Origin: Catajapyx aquilonaris
Lineage: Eukaryota
Assembly (NCBI GenBank): GCA_000934665.2
Contig: KZ537973.1
Coordinates: forward strand, 62,001-126,000
Direction of reading: 5' to 3'
Length of the DNA stretch: 64,000 nucleotides
The notes beneath the pieces are model-generated. The model was given only the letters and a program-made list of their open reading frames with translations, did not search any database and was not told where the DNA came from. The position numbers and the translations under genes were made by a program. This document shows positions 10,087 to 24,300 of the stretch, one piece after another. Within the stretch, counting starts at the first letter, position 1, and each line of letters opens with the position of its first letter.

Positions 10087-12297
10087 CTGAGAAGGGAGGA
10101 AAAAAAAGCAAACATGAAGAGGTCAACTGGTCAGTTCCTTTGTTTCCTACTGGCCGCAAACACTTCCACACTAAAATGGTTACAGTACGTACATTCGTCA
10201 TGTCGCGTGCGGTGAAACCAATTTCGCTCCTACAGGAGCAGGAATGCCTGTTCTCGGTTTTACAGTCGCAAGGGTGAGGGGAAGATGTAATTGACGGAAT
10301 TCCCCTGCAGCTCGGGCTACAGGGGAAAATGGCTCGCAGTTATTTCGGCTTTCTCGGAAAGGACATGTGCGTATTAAGCAAGTCCTGGAAATTCAATATG
10401 TGCTGCCATTCCAGCCGGGGACGAATATTTATGGTCCGGATCCCACAAGTATTGTTCCCAGAAACAGGGCTACACAGGGCTTTCCTACTGAAGGGGCTTA
10501 TATGAAGTTATCAGAAATTCGACGCTACATAAAGCCACACTGAAATTATGATCGTGTACATTGTGAATACCTGCTCATAATTGGAGATTTTCTATCAAAC
10601 TGGGCGGATTTTTATTAGGCTGAGTGAAACTGGCTTGCAACGATTGACCGGCCCTAATATTAATGGTTCCAAGTGGGTCATTCCCAATGCGGCCCTAGGA
10701 ACTTGGCTTAGTAATAAACAACTTAGTGCCAAATTTGATATCACTTACATCAGTCCTGTTGGCACACTCTCCGAGTTGGCACAACATTCGAGGAATTATA
10801 TGAAAACACCTTTTTAAACCCCTCAAAACATGGCTGTTGACAATCAGTCAGTGTTTCACGTTTGTTTGCACTTGCACTGTACCCATTCATTATGCAGGGA
10901 TGTAGCGTGTTTATCAAAATTAATTAAATTACCTCCCCCCTTCCCACATCCCCCTCACCCCAACCCATCCCCCACATGCACAGCACGAGTGTTTTATCGC
11001 GTCCGTTGTTGTTCACGCGCACTGCAGTGATTAAGTGCAGATTTTGGCTAATAACTCAAGGGTTTTTATCCGGGATTCGCAGCCAAGAGTGGTCACGGTC
11101 TACTTACGCTACTTATGCCATACAAAATAGATGCATAGAGCGGTTTAGCTATGCAGTCACTCTTTCAGGACATTATAACTCCATCTGCGTCTGGGGCCCC
11201 TATGAATATGTATGAAGATTAATGGACTCCTTTTTTTCCCCCCCTCCGTCTCTCCCTCTCTCCCCCTCCATCTTCAAAGGGTTTGAGCAGATAATACGTA
11301 CCGTACATACGCTGTTTCTGGCGGGATTAAATTGCTCTTGGGGGTTTGGGTCACGCTTGGGAGAGCTATGCAGTACTTTGTCAATTTTAGGCGTCATAAA
11401 TAAACGAAGAGGGAGAGGCTGGTATCGTCTTTAGGGAAAGGGGGGCGGGGGGCAAGAAAAATTGAGATAGCAAATTTGCTATTACAACGGAAATGTTTAC
11501 TTCAACATGTAAATGTGCAGCAGGGTTACCTTCTGATTATCCTTGGCGTCGTGGACATGGTTACTAAGAAAATTCGATGAGACATTCATGCTGTGAAAAC
11601 ATATTCGCAAAAGTGGACAATTTGCAATAGATTTTTATTTGAAATTGGCACATTTTTATGCCTTTTAAAATATAAATGATTAGATATTGTCCGGTTTTTT
11701 GAGTTAAGCTGCATTTTGCTAACTAAACCTGACATTAACTCTAATATTGCGTAATACTAATTGAATGGTGATATCCCTTTGAATTCGCTGTTACAAAGGG
11801 AATTGAGGAATGCGCACATATTAATTTCACCGAAATTTACGTTATTGGACAATATGCTCCGAAAAGGCATCATCATCATCATCATACAACTGGAACAAAA
11901 TTAATATTGCGGAAGGTTTCTAGTGCCTGCTATGGTCATTATAAATGCAAATAAAAACTAGTTCTTGACTTTGACCCCCCAGACTTTTGTAATTCAGAGA
12001 ACTGAGAGGAGCATCCGAAATATCAGACTTTTTTTTTTTTTTTTTTTGCAAACTTTTACCGTACCCAGCAAAATCGATTCTGGAAGGTAGCCTTTGAACA
12101 CGGACGCCTCTCTAACGTGTCAATTAAACCCGCATAAATTAAGTTGAATAATTTCTCGAATTTTTGCGACCCCAATTCGCACGATAGATTTGCAATCCCA
12201 AGCAGGTTCTCGAGTTTGACGGATTTTTCAAAAAAAAAAATATTCCGGTCGACTACATGAATATCAATCAGTACGAACTGTATTTCATATGCCATTT

Positions 12298-12328
12298 TTT
12301 TTTCTCTCTCTCTCTCTCTCTCTCTCTC
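12298..12328. repeat. poly-T plus (CT)n microsatellite
   Basis: T run followed by about 12 CT units. Confidence 0.8.
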
Positions 12329-15300
12329 CCATCCCGACCGCCTGCCTGCCGCCTCTGCCATCCATCAAATCGGCGAAATACCGCATGCGGCTTATCTAAC
12401 AGGAACAGGGATTTAGCATTTGCGCTACGTGTACCTCATGCAATAATAAGACAAGGGGTGGCATTTTCATCCCCCCAGCCCCTCCCAGCCCAACCCCCAA
12501 AAATGTGGCCATATTTCGACCCCCCCAGCGGTTGATGGATAAGCAGTGGTGAGCGATGAAGGGCCATACCACACGTATCCTGTCCTGATATGCAACCCTG
12601 GTGAAGGCTCATGTCTTCTCAGGTTGGCCTAGGCTTCACGAAAACTCAGCACACGACAAGGCAACGCACGCGATCCATTTTTGGAGCCGGATTTTTCCGC
12701 GAATTTCTAAATAAAGGCCTCGGTGGGCGGAATGGCGGACAAAAAAAAAGAAGCTTTTATTACGTGCTTAAAATGTCACCCGTGCGCACCCACCGGCAGA
12801 ATAAACAGCCGCGTAATATTGAAAGCGCGGTTGCAATATCTGTATACCCGGCGCGATAGAATTTTGATTACAATTAAAGAGGACGGGTCTGTAATTGTTG
12901 GTGGTAAGTCCTATTTTTTTGCAGCGTTACGTAATCTTGCACATTCCGGACCCGATTTTTTTTAAACAATTTTTTTGGGCGGCAGCACATGGCGCTTTCC
13001 ATGACTGAGTCCTTTGTGCTTCACGTCACCGTATATAGTCCCCGGAAACAAAACCGTGCGTGTCCAGCGGCGCTGACCAGAGGACCGGCCTCAAATTTAA
13101 TCTGGCCTGGCCTTAATCCAGGGCGCGGCTGCAAATATTAGGCGGTTTAAAAGGAAGAGACACCAGTCTGCGCCACACCGCGTATATAATCCTTGCTCTC
13201 ATTCTGCAATGAAAGGCCATGAAGTACCCCGTAATTTATGCCGGATTATTGATGGCCATGTGTGAAGAGTCAGCCTAGGGGTTTTAATCGGGGATCATGT
13301 TATCGTCGGCGCAGTTACTCATTACGTGTTGTTGGATTGTATAGCTGGGGTTGTGGAGGTGAACACTGTGCTTTTGTCAAACTTGTTCAGAATGGCAGTC
13401 GACTCAGGGGGGAAATCTACCTCTCGAAATGTTTGTACTATTATCGTGACTTTGATTATAAATGACAGCCAATGGGATAAAGATTGTTGGTTGAACTATA
13501 GCACCATCTGGGAAGAAAAGCACTCGAGACTGAGGTTTTTTCGCTGTTGAAACCTCTCGAGTGCTAAATTGAGTTTTTGCAACAGGCGCTTTCTTCGCGC
13601 CAATGTCAATCCCCACACAAGCGTTCGCAATTAACTTAAGTCACTTAACTCGGATAATTCAATTTCTTCGGCCGTCGCACCCGCGACTCAGGTGTTTCAT
13701 TTACTACAAGACTTAACCTAATCAGGTGGTTTGGGATGTGACGGAATCTTGTATCCCAACGGAAAGTTTTGGCAGAACTGAACGATTCCGCTGGATACAT
13801 GTTTCATTGTTACTTGCATGCCAGAGCTAGAGCTTGTATAGCATCAATATTTTATTTCGGATCAATTTAGCAATTCTCCTCACCTGCAATTCAAATTGCG
13901 AAATTATCCGCAAAATTAGCGTAACAAGTTGGGTAAATTCCGCCCCGTGTGCTTGCTAATCTCCGGGCATTCGGCATTTATTAGGTTACCTTTTTTCCAG
14001 CTCATAACGAACTTTTGAGTTCCTGTGTACACGGGCGAAGAAATCGAATTTGCAGAGTTAAGTAATTAAATCGCGACTTTTTTTTTTACAAAATTTTTCA
14101 ACCCGTCTCTCGGTTGGAAGTTGTGGCGTTGGTGTCGATTAATCATGCCAGATCTGCAATTACAAAATGGAATGCATAGTACATGAGGGGCATGTAGGCC
14201 ACAGCTTTTAATTTTACTAGCCTGGCTTTTGGGGTCCCCTGCAACCGCCACCGGATCGGTTTTAGACCCCTCCCAACATCATTGGCTGGGACTATAAGTG
14301 GGCAGATTAATATGGCCACTCCTTTGGCCGCGAGTCTGCCTGGGGAATTCCGGGAACTTTAAGTAGGTGTCACGATTATCGCAGGAGAAGGCCACTCCAA
14401 CAACCATGCTTCTTCCAGCCAGATTTTCCATGGGTCTGGAACAAGAAGCTGTATGCGTCGCACGTTTTTTAAATTTTTTTTATTTCGGACAAAACGTCAA
14501 AATGGTGGGAAGCCCATTAGGAATCTAATTTACGGCCCGTGATAACTCCCCTTGATTTACTGGGAGTACTTCCGTCGGCTTTACCTATTTTGGGGAGCCC
14601 TCTTGGGACGGTGGTCATCGCAAACTTGGGATGTTTACATTACGGGCCAAGCAACAACCCGGGATGTAAATGGCCCCGAGGACCCACTTGGGAGAGGCCA
14701 AGAAGGTTGTAAATGGGGTAAAGGAGAGTCAAGTGTACTGATGGCTTGTGTGCGTAATGCACTGGGTGTTCCACTGCCAGTCTCACAAGCAACAAACGAA
14801 CTGTAAAATCAACCAGATCGAAAACCGCATTTTTGTATCTAGAAAATGTCCTTCACTAATCATATCCGCCTTTTTCAACAACAAAGAAAAACTTGAACCT
14901 CATCAAATGAATGAAGACTTGGACAGTGGGCCAACCTGTATTCTGCGTATGTACCCGGTTCTGATGAGGCAAATACCGGCTTTTGATGAGTAAGACAGCT
15001 GGGAGTTGAGGGTGTTGACATTTACCTGCAACATGAAGGGGCGGTAGGACATGCAAATATTGCGTTCCGTCTTCCCCAGCAGGCAGGGCCGGGCGAGGGT
15101 TTCTCCCGAGTCACAAGGAAGCGACGTTAATAATTCATCGGGAGGTCTGGAAATATACCGTACCCTGTCGATAAATATTTACGCGTCCATTATTGATGCG
15201 GCCACCGGGGTTCGGACCATGCCATGCCATTTTTTTTTAGCTGCCAAGGGACTGTTATTGTTGCAAAATGCTGAGTCAGCTGGGTATTCACGCACGTTAA

Positions 15301-18300
15301 AAATGAAATCCGGTAATCACGGAGAAATAGGACGCGCGCACTTCACGACATTTTGAATGGAAATATCAAAAAAGTGAAGCCACGAGTTTGCTGGACGACA
15401 CTTTAAATTCACAATGGTGTGCGTACACCCGGTACCAGAGTTCAGATCAATTCGACAAGCGGGAGTCGCGTAAGGTTCAGTGTTCTGAAGAGAATATGAG
15501 CGGTGGTTCTATCCATTGAAAGGGGGGGCAAGGGGGCAGGCACCGAAATCAATTAGGATGCTGCATTACAGGCAGGTAATGGGAAAGGTGGCAGTCGGTT
15601 CCTTCTCCTAGCAGATAGGGATCGAATCCAAATGATGATGGCGCCCTACAGAAAAGCCCCCGCTCGCTGCCTGTAATTAATTCGCCTTTTTTATCCCAAC
15701 TCGGGGCGTTGGCTGGAGGGGGGGCATCAAGCCTTGTGTTATTTAATGAGCAGGTAAGGGGCCAAGGGAAAAAGACGGAAGAGAAGATTAATAAAGGTGC
15801 TATTTCAGGATACTGATCTACAATGATTACACGATGAAGGGCTGAAATGCACTAGTGAGAAAGGCTATATTAAATAACGACCTAAGGGCTCGTTTATTAC
15901 CGGATTTATTATTGGGGGAGCTAGAATGGAGAGCTTATTATTGTTATTAGCCGGGGACGCCCTTCTGTTTTATGAAATTCGCATATTTTAAAAAAAATGG
16001 AAAGAGGGGACTGGGTTGTAGTCGATAACCCACTTCATTAGGCTCTTCTTCTTGGGAAGTTTTCCAAAAGTATTTCCATATACCATTTGTCGTTAGGATG
16101 TAAACTTTTTATCTGGTTTTCATTCGAGAGGAGCGCTTTATTTGGTTTCGTTTACTTGGAAAACTTTTTTTTGTGTGTGTGTGTGTGTATTTTGTGGAAG
16201 GATATACAAAGCCGGATTGTGCCACACGCGCTGCTTTATATAAGGGATCGTGGAAAATTAGCGGGAATTTGCACTTTAAAAGTTTTTTATCTTCGTAGCG
16301 TGGAGAGGCATGAGAATTGAGAGAGGGGCTTGAAGGGAATAATTGAATCCGACTGCGCAGCTGAAAATAGCAGTCATTTGGTTTTGAGTGCGACAGCCTT
16401 TGTAATTGAATTGGGAAGATTTCCCGGGACTATACGTGTCAAGGCACGAAACATTTTCTGAAACGAAACGTCTTCTCTTATCAAACGACTTCAGGCCGAA
16501 CTTCTTCAGAGGGCTGTGCGAATAAGTAATCCACAGAGAATGACTGAAAACCCAATAGGGGGAAACCTGTGAGAATCCAGGAAGGAGATGGGGGGGATGC
16601 AGAAATGAGAAATGACCTATAGCAAGGGTTTTATATAGGCTGTTCTATATATGTTGCCGTTTTGCAGGTCCCAGGAAGTCCGCCTTGCATATGAAACGGG
16701 CCTTGATAAATTCGGGGGGCTAGACTTGTCGAAATGAAACAATGGGAGGTGGGGGGTGAAGGAGAGAGGGGTGGGTGGTGACGGCATGCAAAGCATTCTG
16801 GAAGTAGCGTCGAGTTTGCACGGAATGTAGGTTTCGGTGGAGGGCCATTCTTCAACCTGAAAGGCTCCTGCGGTTTGTGACACTTTGCCCTGCATATATA
16901 CACACACACCCTGTAGCTCCGAAAATTGGAAGCGTCGTGTCGCCTTGAGCAAAACCTGCGGAGATGACTTGCGACAAGCGGTGTAAATCACTTGTAACCG
17001 AGACCGGTCGAGATGAGAGAGGATATACTATAGCATACTATAGACTGTAGCACATGCAAGACCCATATTCTGCTTTAGGTCTCTGGCAAGTAATATTTTG
17101 GGCAAATACGGTGCATAATTGTGTTAATTCGGTAAAATAATAATTAGGATTGCAAATGGAGGCATTATTAACTATAAGAAATGTGGATCGAAGTGGTGCG
17201 AATTCTCGTTTTTTCCTAACATGCAAAGTATGCCACTGGAAATGCTTAGAAATGTCTGGAATTGTTAATTTCCTTTTTACAGCAATGATTTTTAAAGAGT
17301 AATATATTGTTCATTAAAACTGACATGTGTAATGAACTTGCTGATTGCGCAATATTGCTTGGTTTCTTCTTTTTATTAAATGGACGCTATTTTCATGGAG
17401 ATTTTGCTTGTATCAGACTAATTGAAGTCAGGTACGGTGAACAATATATAGCGCAATATACCAAACAATAAAAATAAAAATGATCTCTTCTTGAACAGTT
17501 TGAAGTTAGGAAATATAATTGCAAATTTTGTGATATTTCTTTTACGTTTTGCAATACTCGCTTTGACTGTTCGCTAAAAACCGTATAGTTCCTGAAGCTA
17601 AACATGCCCATCTTTCTAGACAATGTGTTATCATCACCGCATGAAACATTTCGCGGGATTATCTCCCGGATTCTCCTGGACCTTCCGGAGGGGTTTTCCT
17701 GCACCAGGAAGAGTTGACGCCTGTTCCAAAGGCAATCATTCAGATGGGCTCCTAATTAGCAAGCCCGCTTCAAAAGAGAACCCCCGGCACCTTGGGATTA
17801 GGACCACTTCCCGGGAGCCGTTTGCACAGCTCAAAATCATCATTTCGACTTAGCCCATTGTGGCATAAGCCGCACTAATTCCCTGCTTTCCGTACGAACA
17901 ATATTTCCATTCCGTTGTGAACTCTTCGTCTCTTTCTTTTTATAAACCCTTTTGTTTTAAAACATCGGGGAGATGATAAATCCTGGTAGAAGAGAGAGTA
18001 AAGGGGGGGGGGGGGGATTAAACTAGTCGATAATCATCAGTTCATAAATTCCCAATCCCTTCCTGCGACTAAGAAATAATGGCGGTATCAAGAGACGGAA
18101 TCATAACTTTTCGGTGGAGGGCTTTTTGGTTGCGGGCTTGCCGTGGAAATTATTGGTGGTTGAGGGTGGTGCGGTCGTGCTGCCCAGGCAGGTATTTATG
18201 AACGCCCCTGTCCCTTTTTTATTGGATGTAAGTTACGTGTTTGTCTACTTGTACGCCCGAAGGGTTTCAGGGGAAGTAGGTGGGGGGCTAGGAAATAGTA

Positions 18301-21300
18301 GCTTATGTGTATGGAGGGGGACTAGAGAAGGCTGTTCTGTCACGCCCTACTTTCATGGGGAGATGGATCACCCGCCGTATGTCATACAGGCTTAACTGTA
18401 CAAGTAATTTGCTGTGAAAGTGATGAAACGAAAGGGGTTGCAACCCGGTTGCCATTATTTTGATTGTGATGAAGCGGACGATTAGTCATAACTGCTGGGC
18501 ATTATTTACAGAGTGAGACATCGTCTCATACGCGTCTGTTTTTGTGGTCTATTTTATACAGGGTGATGCGCTACCAAAGTCTAGCCAGCGGAAAAATTAC
18601 TCGGCATAATGTTAGCATTTAATATTCAATGCAACTCATTCAATTAATAAGAAACTTATTGCCGAAAAATCTCTCTCTACAATTGGAACACACTGTACAG
18701 GCAAGCTGCAATAAAGCCAGCAGCTTCAGAAAATTTCGCCTGAATTTTACTGTAAGGGTACACCGGATTCCAGGTCAATGGCTCAAATGTCGTGTCATAT
18801 TGAATTCTGCACAAAAAAAGTCACAAAATTGAAGCTGACATTTGAGCGAAATATAATATCGCCATGCATTCCCCCCCCCCTTTTTTTTGCGTTGCTTGCA
18901 TATACGAATTGAATGATTACGCATGGCATTTCCTTTGAATGGCATGCCAATCGATGACTTTTGATGCGACTACAGTACCGACAGATGAAAATGTTATCCT
19001 TGGTCGCAACGCAGTTGTCTGGCTGCAAAACGCGCTTTGGAAAACGTCTCGGGAGACGACTCAAATTATTCTTCTGTAATTATATTCAACACCCAAAAGC
19101 AATTTCTTTTCGTCCGAACAACATTTTGTCCAAAATTGTCATCCGAAGACTCACTTGTCTAAAACGATTAATGTGAAATTCTACTGTGGCCTTTGGGTTT
19201 TGGACACGAAAATGGTTTGGGCCCAGTAATGTTCCAGTCGTGAAGTTAAGTAAGAAGAGAGACGTTACTGTCACCGCTGGACGTCCCTGCAGTTCCATTT
19301 GAATTGTAATCGCAGTTTCCCCCCAAGACGTGATTCGGAGCCGGAGCGTAGGTTTGACCCCGATTCTTCGGATTGTTTTCTTCGTGTTCGTTTGCAGCAG
19401 AAATCCAACGACTATAGAGCTATTCCGTTGGTGTTTGTTTTAGTGGCGAGTTTCGAAAAAAAAGAAGAAAAGAAATTTGGTGGAGGCCAGGCTGGATTCC
19501 CATTAGCGCCCCTGGCCCGCTTTGGAACTAATGAGAAAACACTCCTCTTCTCCAGAGGAAGCAGCTTCCTAATAGTCCTTTCGGATTCATAGTCACTCCC
19601 GGGGATTCCTTTTGCTTCCAAAAGTGCTCACCTTTTTTTCCCCCCGGAGCAGAAATTAATTCCGGGCCTGCTTTTCGCTCAGCCCTTAAATGCGACATGG
19701 CATATTTTTTTGGCGGGAACGGCCTTGGGTGCCCGCGGAAAAATATGTTTTCTGTTCACGTCTGGCTGGGATAAAAAAGCTGCGGGGATAGAGTTGAAAA
19801 TGCGGGCAGCAAAGGGGCCAAAAGTGGAATCAAACCTTGAGAGCCTGCTGGAGAGGGGAGGTCCTCAACAATGATGGTTTCAGTACCCTCTTGTGCGTGA
19901 AGACTATTTTTTATAAATAGGATAGAGGTCAATGTGTTGGGTGAATACAGGCTTCTTATTGTGAAGGGTGGTTAGTATTATTTTTTGGGTGTGTTTTTTT
20001 AGAAGCCGGAAAGTGGGGATTTTGGTCTACATCGAAGCGTGGCCAAGTGCTGGAATGTAAACAAGCGATTTTGGGCAAGGTTTGCACCACTGACCACATG
20101 GCCTTATCATTGTTTCCCATTTTTAAGAAAGGTTGATCGTAAAAGCAGATTACTTGAACACATAACATGTAATACTACAGCTCTAATAGCGTGTATGTTT
20201 TCCACGTGTAGACGTTTCTCGAAAATACCTTGCACGAGAAGACACATAATTGCTCAATTTAGCTCCTTCCCCCTTCTCCCTTGATTCCCCCTCTCACCAA
20301 TAAAACCGCTACCTGTTTATTAAATACACTAATGTTTCCCGATAACGTGACTCAGTGGCCGTAATTGGTGAGTTGGATTCCGGAAAAAAAAGCGAGTTGT
20401 GGACACGGAAGGGCCACGTGGGGGCCCGGTAAATGTTTCGTGACTGTCAGAGAGGGGTATCAAAAAGCTCCCCACTGCTCAACCCCCTGCCACACTTTTT
20501 GGAAAAGAAAGAAAAAAAACAACTCCCGAGTGAATCGCCTTGTTCTGTCAGCCTTTGCATGAGTTACACAGAAATTTTTGTCAAATATTTCACCTGAGGT
20601 GTGAACCGAAGAGAGCGGCGCTTAACAACCGTTTTGGAAAAAGTATATAAAAAAGTGAGACCTTTTTTTATTGCCAACCTCTCCTGCTGCGAGATGTCTA
20701 ATTAAAGTTCTCAAGTCTAGCATGAGGAGTTCATTAGAGAAACTCAGGAATGTGGAGGAAGATATTGCTTCACCCTAACCATATTTACTCCCTCTCGAGT
20801 AATCAGCGTCGCATCAGCTCCGGAGCATGTTATGTGGAAAGGTGTGTGCACATGGACTGCGTTAGATCTCACAAGTCAGTCTGAAAAGGGAAGAAGTTAT
20901 GGATGCGGTTTCACCCTATAGCAACTATAGTTTAAACAGAAGCAACCGTCGTTCATTGCAATATCTGAAGCGAGCTCAATAATTTGGGGGTGTTCTATTA
21001 TTTATTGGCAGTGCACCACCCTGTACATCGAGTATGCGTCTCTGTCAGCCAATTTGGGTCACGTTCCTCTTTCCCAGTTTGTTTATGTGGCCGGAATTGA
21101 CCTGAGCGATTAAGAAGGATGCTGCGAACCAATAGGAAGCCACGCCCGCTCCATGATGGAGGCCTCGGAGCAGAGGTGGTGTCAGGTGCAGAGCACATCT
21201 TAGCTTCTCTCTATCTTGGAGGAGGAAGAGGAGGAGGAGGGATGCTGTTTTTGCAGCTGTGGGGAACAAGGAGCCAGTTGGTTCAGACGTTTCGGGACGC

Positions 21301-24300
21301 TTCACTGACTAGGTGCCGCCTTTTCGTCATTCGGATTCCAGGCGCAATACCTCGTCTCAACGAATCAGACCGTTTGCTGTTTCGTGAACACACACACACA
21401 CGGGAGCGTAATTCCGACTCGCACTTGTCCAGCCATTTCATTAGGTGAATTAGGGAGCACTGTGAACATGAACGTCATAACTTGCGGATTAAAGCTTGGA
21501 GGGATGACGACAGCAGCCGGGATTATCCAGCCACGCGCTAAATAATTTGCCAAAATAAAGCTTAACTAGTAGCTTCAGAATTAGCCTGAATTGAAATCCC
21601 CGACAAAATACACCGGCTGGAGCACTGCACAAGTTCACAGTCAACAAGGGGGGTGAAAAGGTTATGAATTGTTTACTGTGCGGAAACCAGTTTAAAGAGG
21701 CGCTGCAGTAACGTACAGCTACATGAATATTTGGCTTACTCCTGAGTGTGGTTGGTTCAGAAGGTGACAACCAAATAATTCAACTTCAAACGTATACTGT
21801 ACAGGATTAATAATGAGAAAGTCTGTGTGCAATTTTTAACCAGCAGAACATCTCGCTGTTGTTACACAATCAAAGTGATCAATTTGAGTATTTTGAGTTG
21901 GCCCTTCTGGATTCCCTAACGGCAAGGTTTTATCATTTGGTGCAATTTCGACTCTATATATGTGCCTGAAAAGACTGCAAGGATATTACACTGTAATGCG
22001 ATGCCATAAACTGTATGTAATATTGCTACAAATCTGCAGGCTGTGAGCCCTGTAATGCTCGCAGAAATAATTGAATAATATGACACCATATTCAATTTTA
22101 TGCATCGGTTGTATCATATTTCGACTGAATTTTTAGTACGTAGATGTGATGAAAGTTGTTAACCGTCACTCTGGAACTACAAACAAAAAAGAAGCAGCAT
22201 GTTACTAATTGCGAAATTCCGTCTTCTCAACTCCTGCGTTCCAAGCAACTACACTCGAACGAGTTGGAAAACTATTCATTTGCAGGTCCCGACAGAACAT
22301 TTTCAGCGTCTGAGGAATCTCAGCCTCTTTTCTTCCTAAGTATCTGACACACACACACATACATGCACACACACTAAAAAAAGGGGGTCAAGGGCGAGTT
22401 GAAGTCACATTCTTTTCTCCAGTCAAGTTGATGGAAATGATGGCTGTACAAGTGTACATGGGGTCGTTTCCTGGCCTCGATTTAGGGTGACACAGGTCGT
22501 CGTAGTTACTAGGATTAACCCCGAATGGGATGAGTCTGCCGGAATTGGGCAACTAATCGGGATTTTTGGAAGCGATTAAGGCGCCGCCAGTGACACGTCC
22601 CGGGACATCAATCTGACCCTGGAGGGCTCGGGTTTCCACGATGGGGGTCCACTGCCTGCCCGTGAATCGTTTTATTGCCCAACTTTTCCCTGGGATTACT
22701 TCAACTCCAGCCCAGCCAGCTCCGGGTTTCGCCACTTCGCGAACCGTGCTGCCTACTAAATTCTACTTGCCAGACTCCGATTCTGATTAGGTTCGGAATC
22801 CATTTTTTGGGGGGTATGTGCTCCGTTTGGGTCGAGATAGCGGATTTTTTTTACATTGCCCGGATTATATGAACCCAATTTTTTTGATATCGGATGCTCG
22901 TATGTCGCAATTGGATTTTGTGAGTAAAGTGTTTCATCCTGACAGGTAGGCAACCCACCTCGCAGGGAAGTATTGTGGCGAATGCGGGTTGGAGGAGGCG
23001 GGCGGCGGGACAAAAATGTATCTTGGAAAACGATATTGATCGAAGCAGCAGCAGCAGCAGGCAGCCAGGCCACCCAACCCACCCACCACCCAACCCGGCA
23101 GCAGCAGCAACCCTCCCCCTGTGCTCTGGAACCAGCCAGGCAGCTTCCCATTTCCCATCCTTCCTGCGAAAGCCTCCCTTCCACCACCACCATCCCCCTC
23201 TTTCGCCCCCTTAAATGAAGCCCATGGAGATTCCTACTGGGCCCGATTCATTTGCGGGACTTTGGAGCCCGCGAGCAGCATCCGCCAGACGTTTTCCAAC
23301 CCACCCTCTTTTGACTATATATTCCAGCCTCCCTGTGCCTTCCTTTTCTAAAGGTTGGCTCCTTCTATTACCCGGGGTCTCCCTCCTGCGACATGTTTTG
23401 TTGCACTTTGGGCCATGCCTTCCCGGTACACAAATGCTGGCAAATCTTCCCTTTCGCGCCATGATTCGCGCCCGATAATGATGCTGCATTGCTAAAAAAA
23501 AAAAAAGGAGAAAATTCTGCTGGCCAAAAATCAGAAAATTGCGCCCAAGTTTGAAGTAAACCCAACTTTGAGCAATTGTGCTGTAAGAAACCTGTCAGAA
23601 TATTGGCAGCTTGTTTTTTAAAAAAAGTAAGCAATTGATACCAAGGTAAAGGCACTCCATAACCTCTTGGCGGCGAACCCAATTGTGAGGTTTATTAGCC
23701 TGGATTGATGCTTGGAAACTTCCAGCTCCTTGAGTATGCTTTTAGCAAAACCGAATTTTCTGGGATTTGCGGTCAATTTCCATATTTTATTGGGCGAGGA
23801 ATCAGGTGGGGAAGCCCCTTTATTCGTCTTTTAGGTGTAGTATATAGGTAGGCAAGTGTGGTTTTCATGAGCCTGAAGTTCAAGGGGGGGATTTCCTGGG
23901 AAAGCACCAGTTTGTCTACCTGAAAGCAGCGGGAGGTTTGGGAAAGTTGGTCCGAAAGTTTTGGCGCACGAATTCCCAGTATGAACGGTGGAACTACACG
24001 TCAGGAGGGGGGGGGGGGGGGNGGGGTTGCCAAATTCTTTTCCAAGAATCCAAACTTTTAAAGAGTCGCTAGAGGTCAAAGTACGGGATATGGTCAGGAC
24101 TATAAAGATAACCGATGGGATCGCCCTGGGGTATTTTGTACAAGTCACGATCAGCTGCTTCAGGTATAGGTTTGATTAATTTATGTTCTTGAAACACGGA
24201 ATTGGCCATCAAATATTCGCGTGAACTGACAGTGAGGTGTGAGGTGCTGGAAAGTTTTTCCCTAACACGGAATGTGATCCTGATTTGTTCGTATTTTCCA

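Noticed and set aside
21790..21800. ACGTATACTG match to the start of miR-iab-4
   Set aside because: Only 10 nt and no hairpin; compatible with chance.
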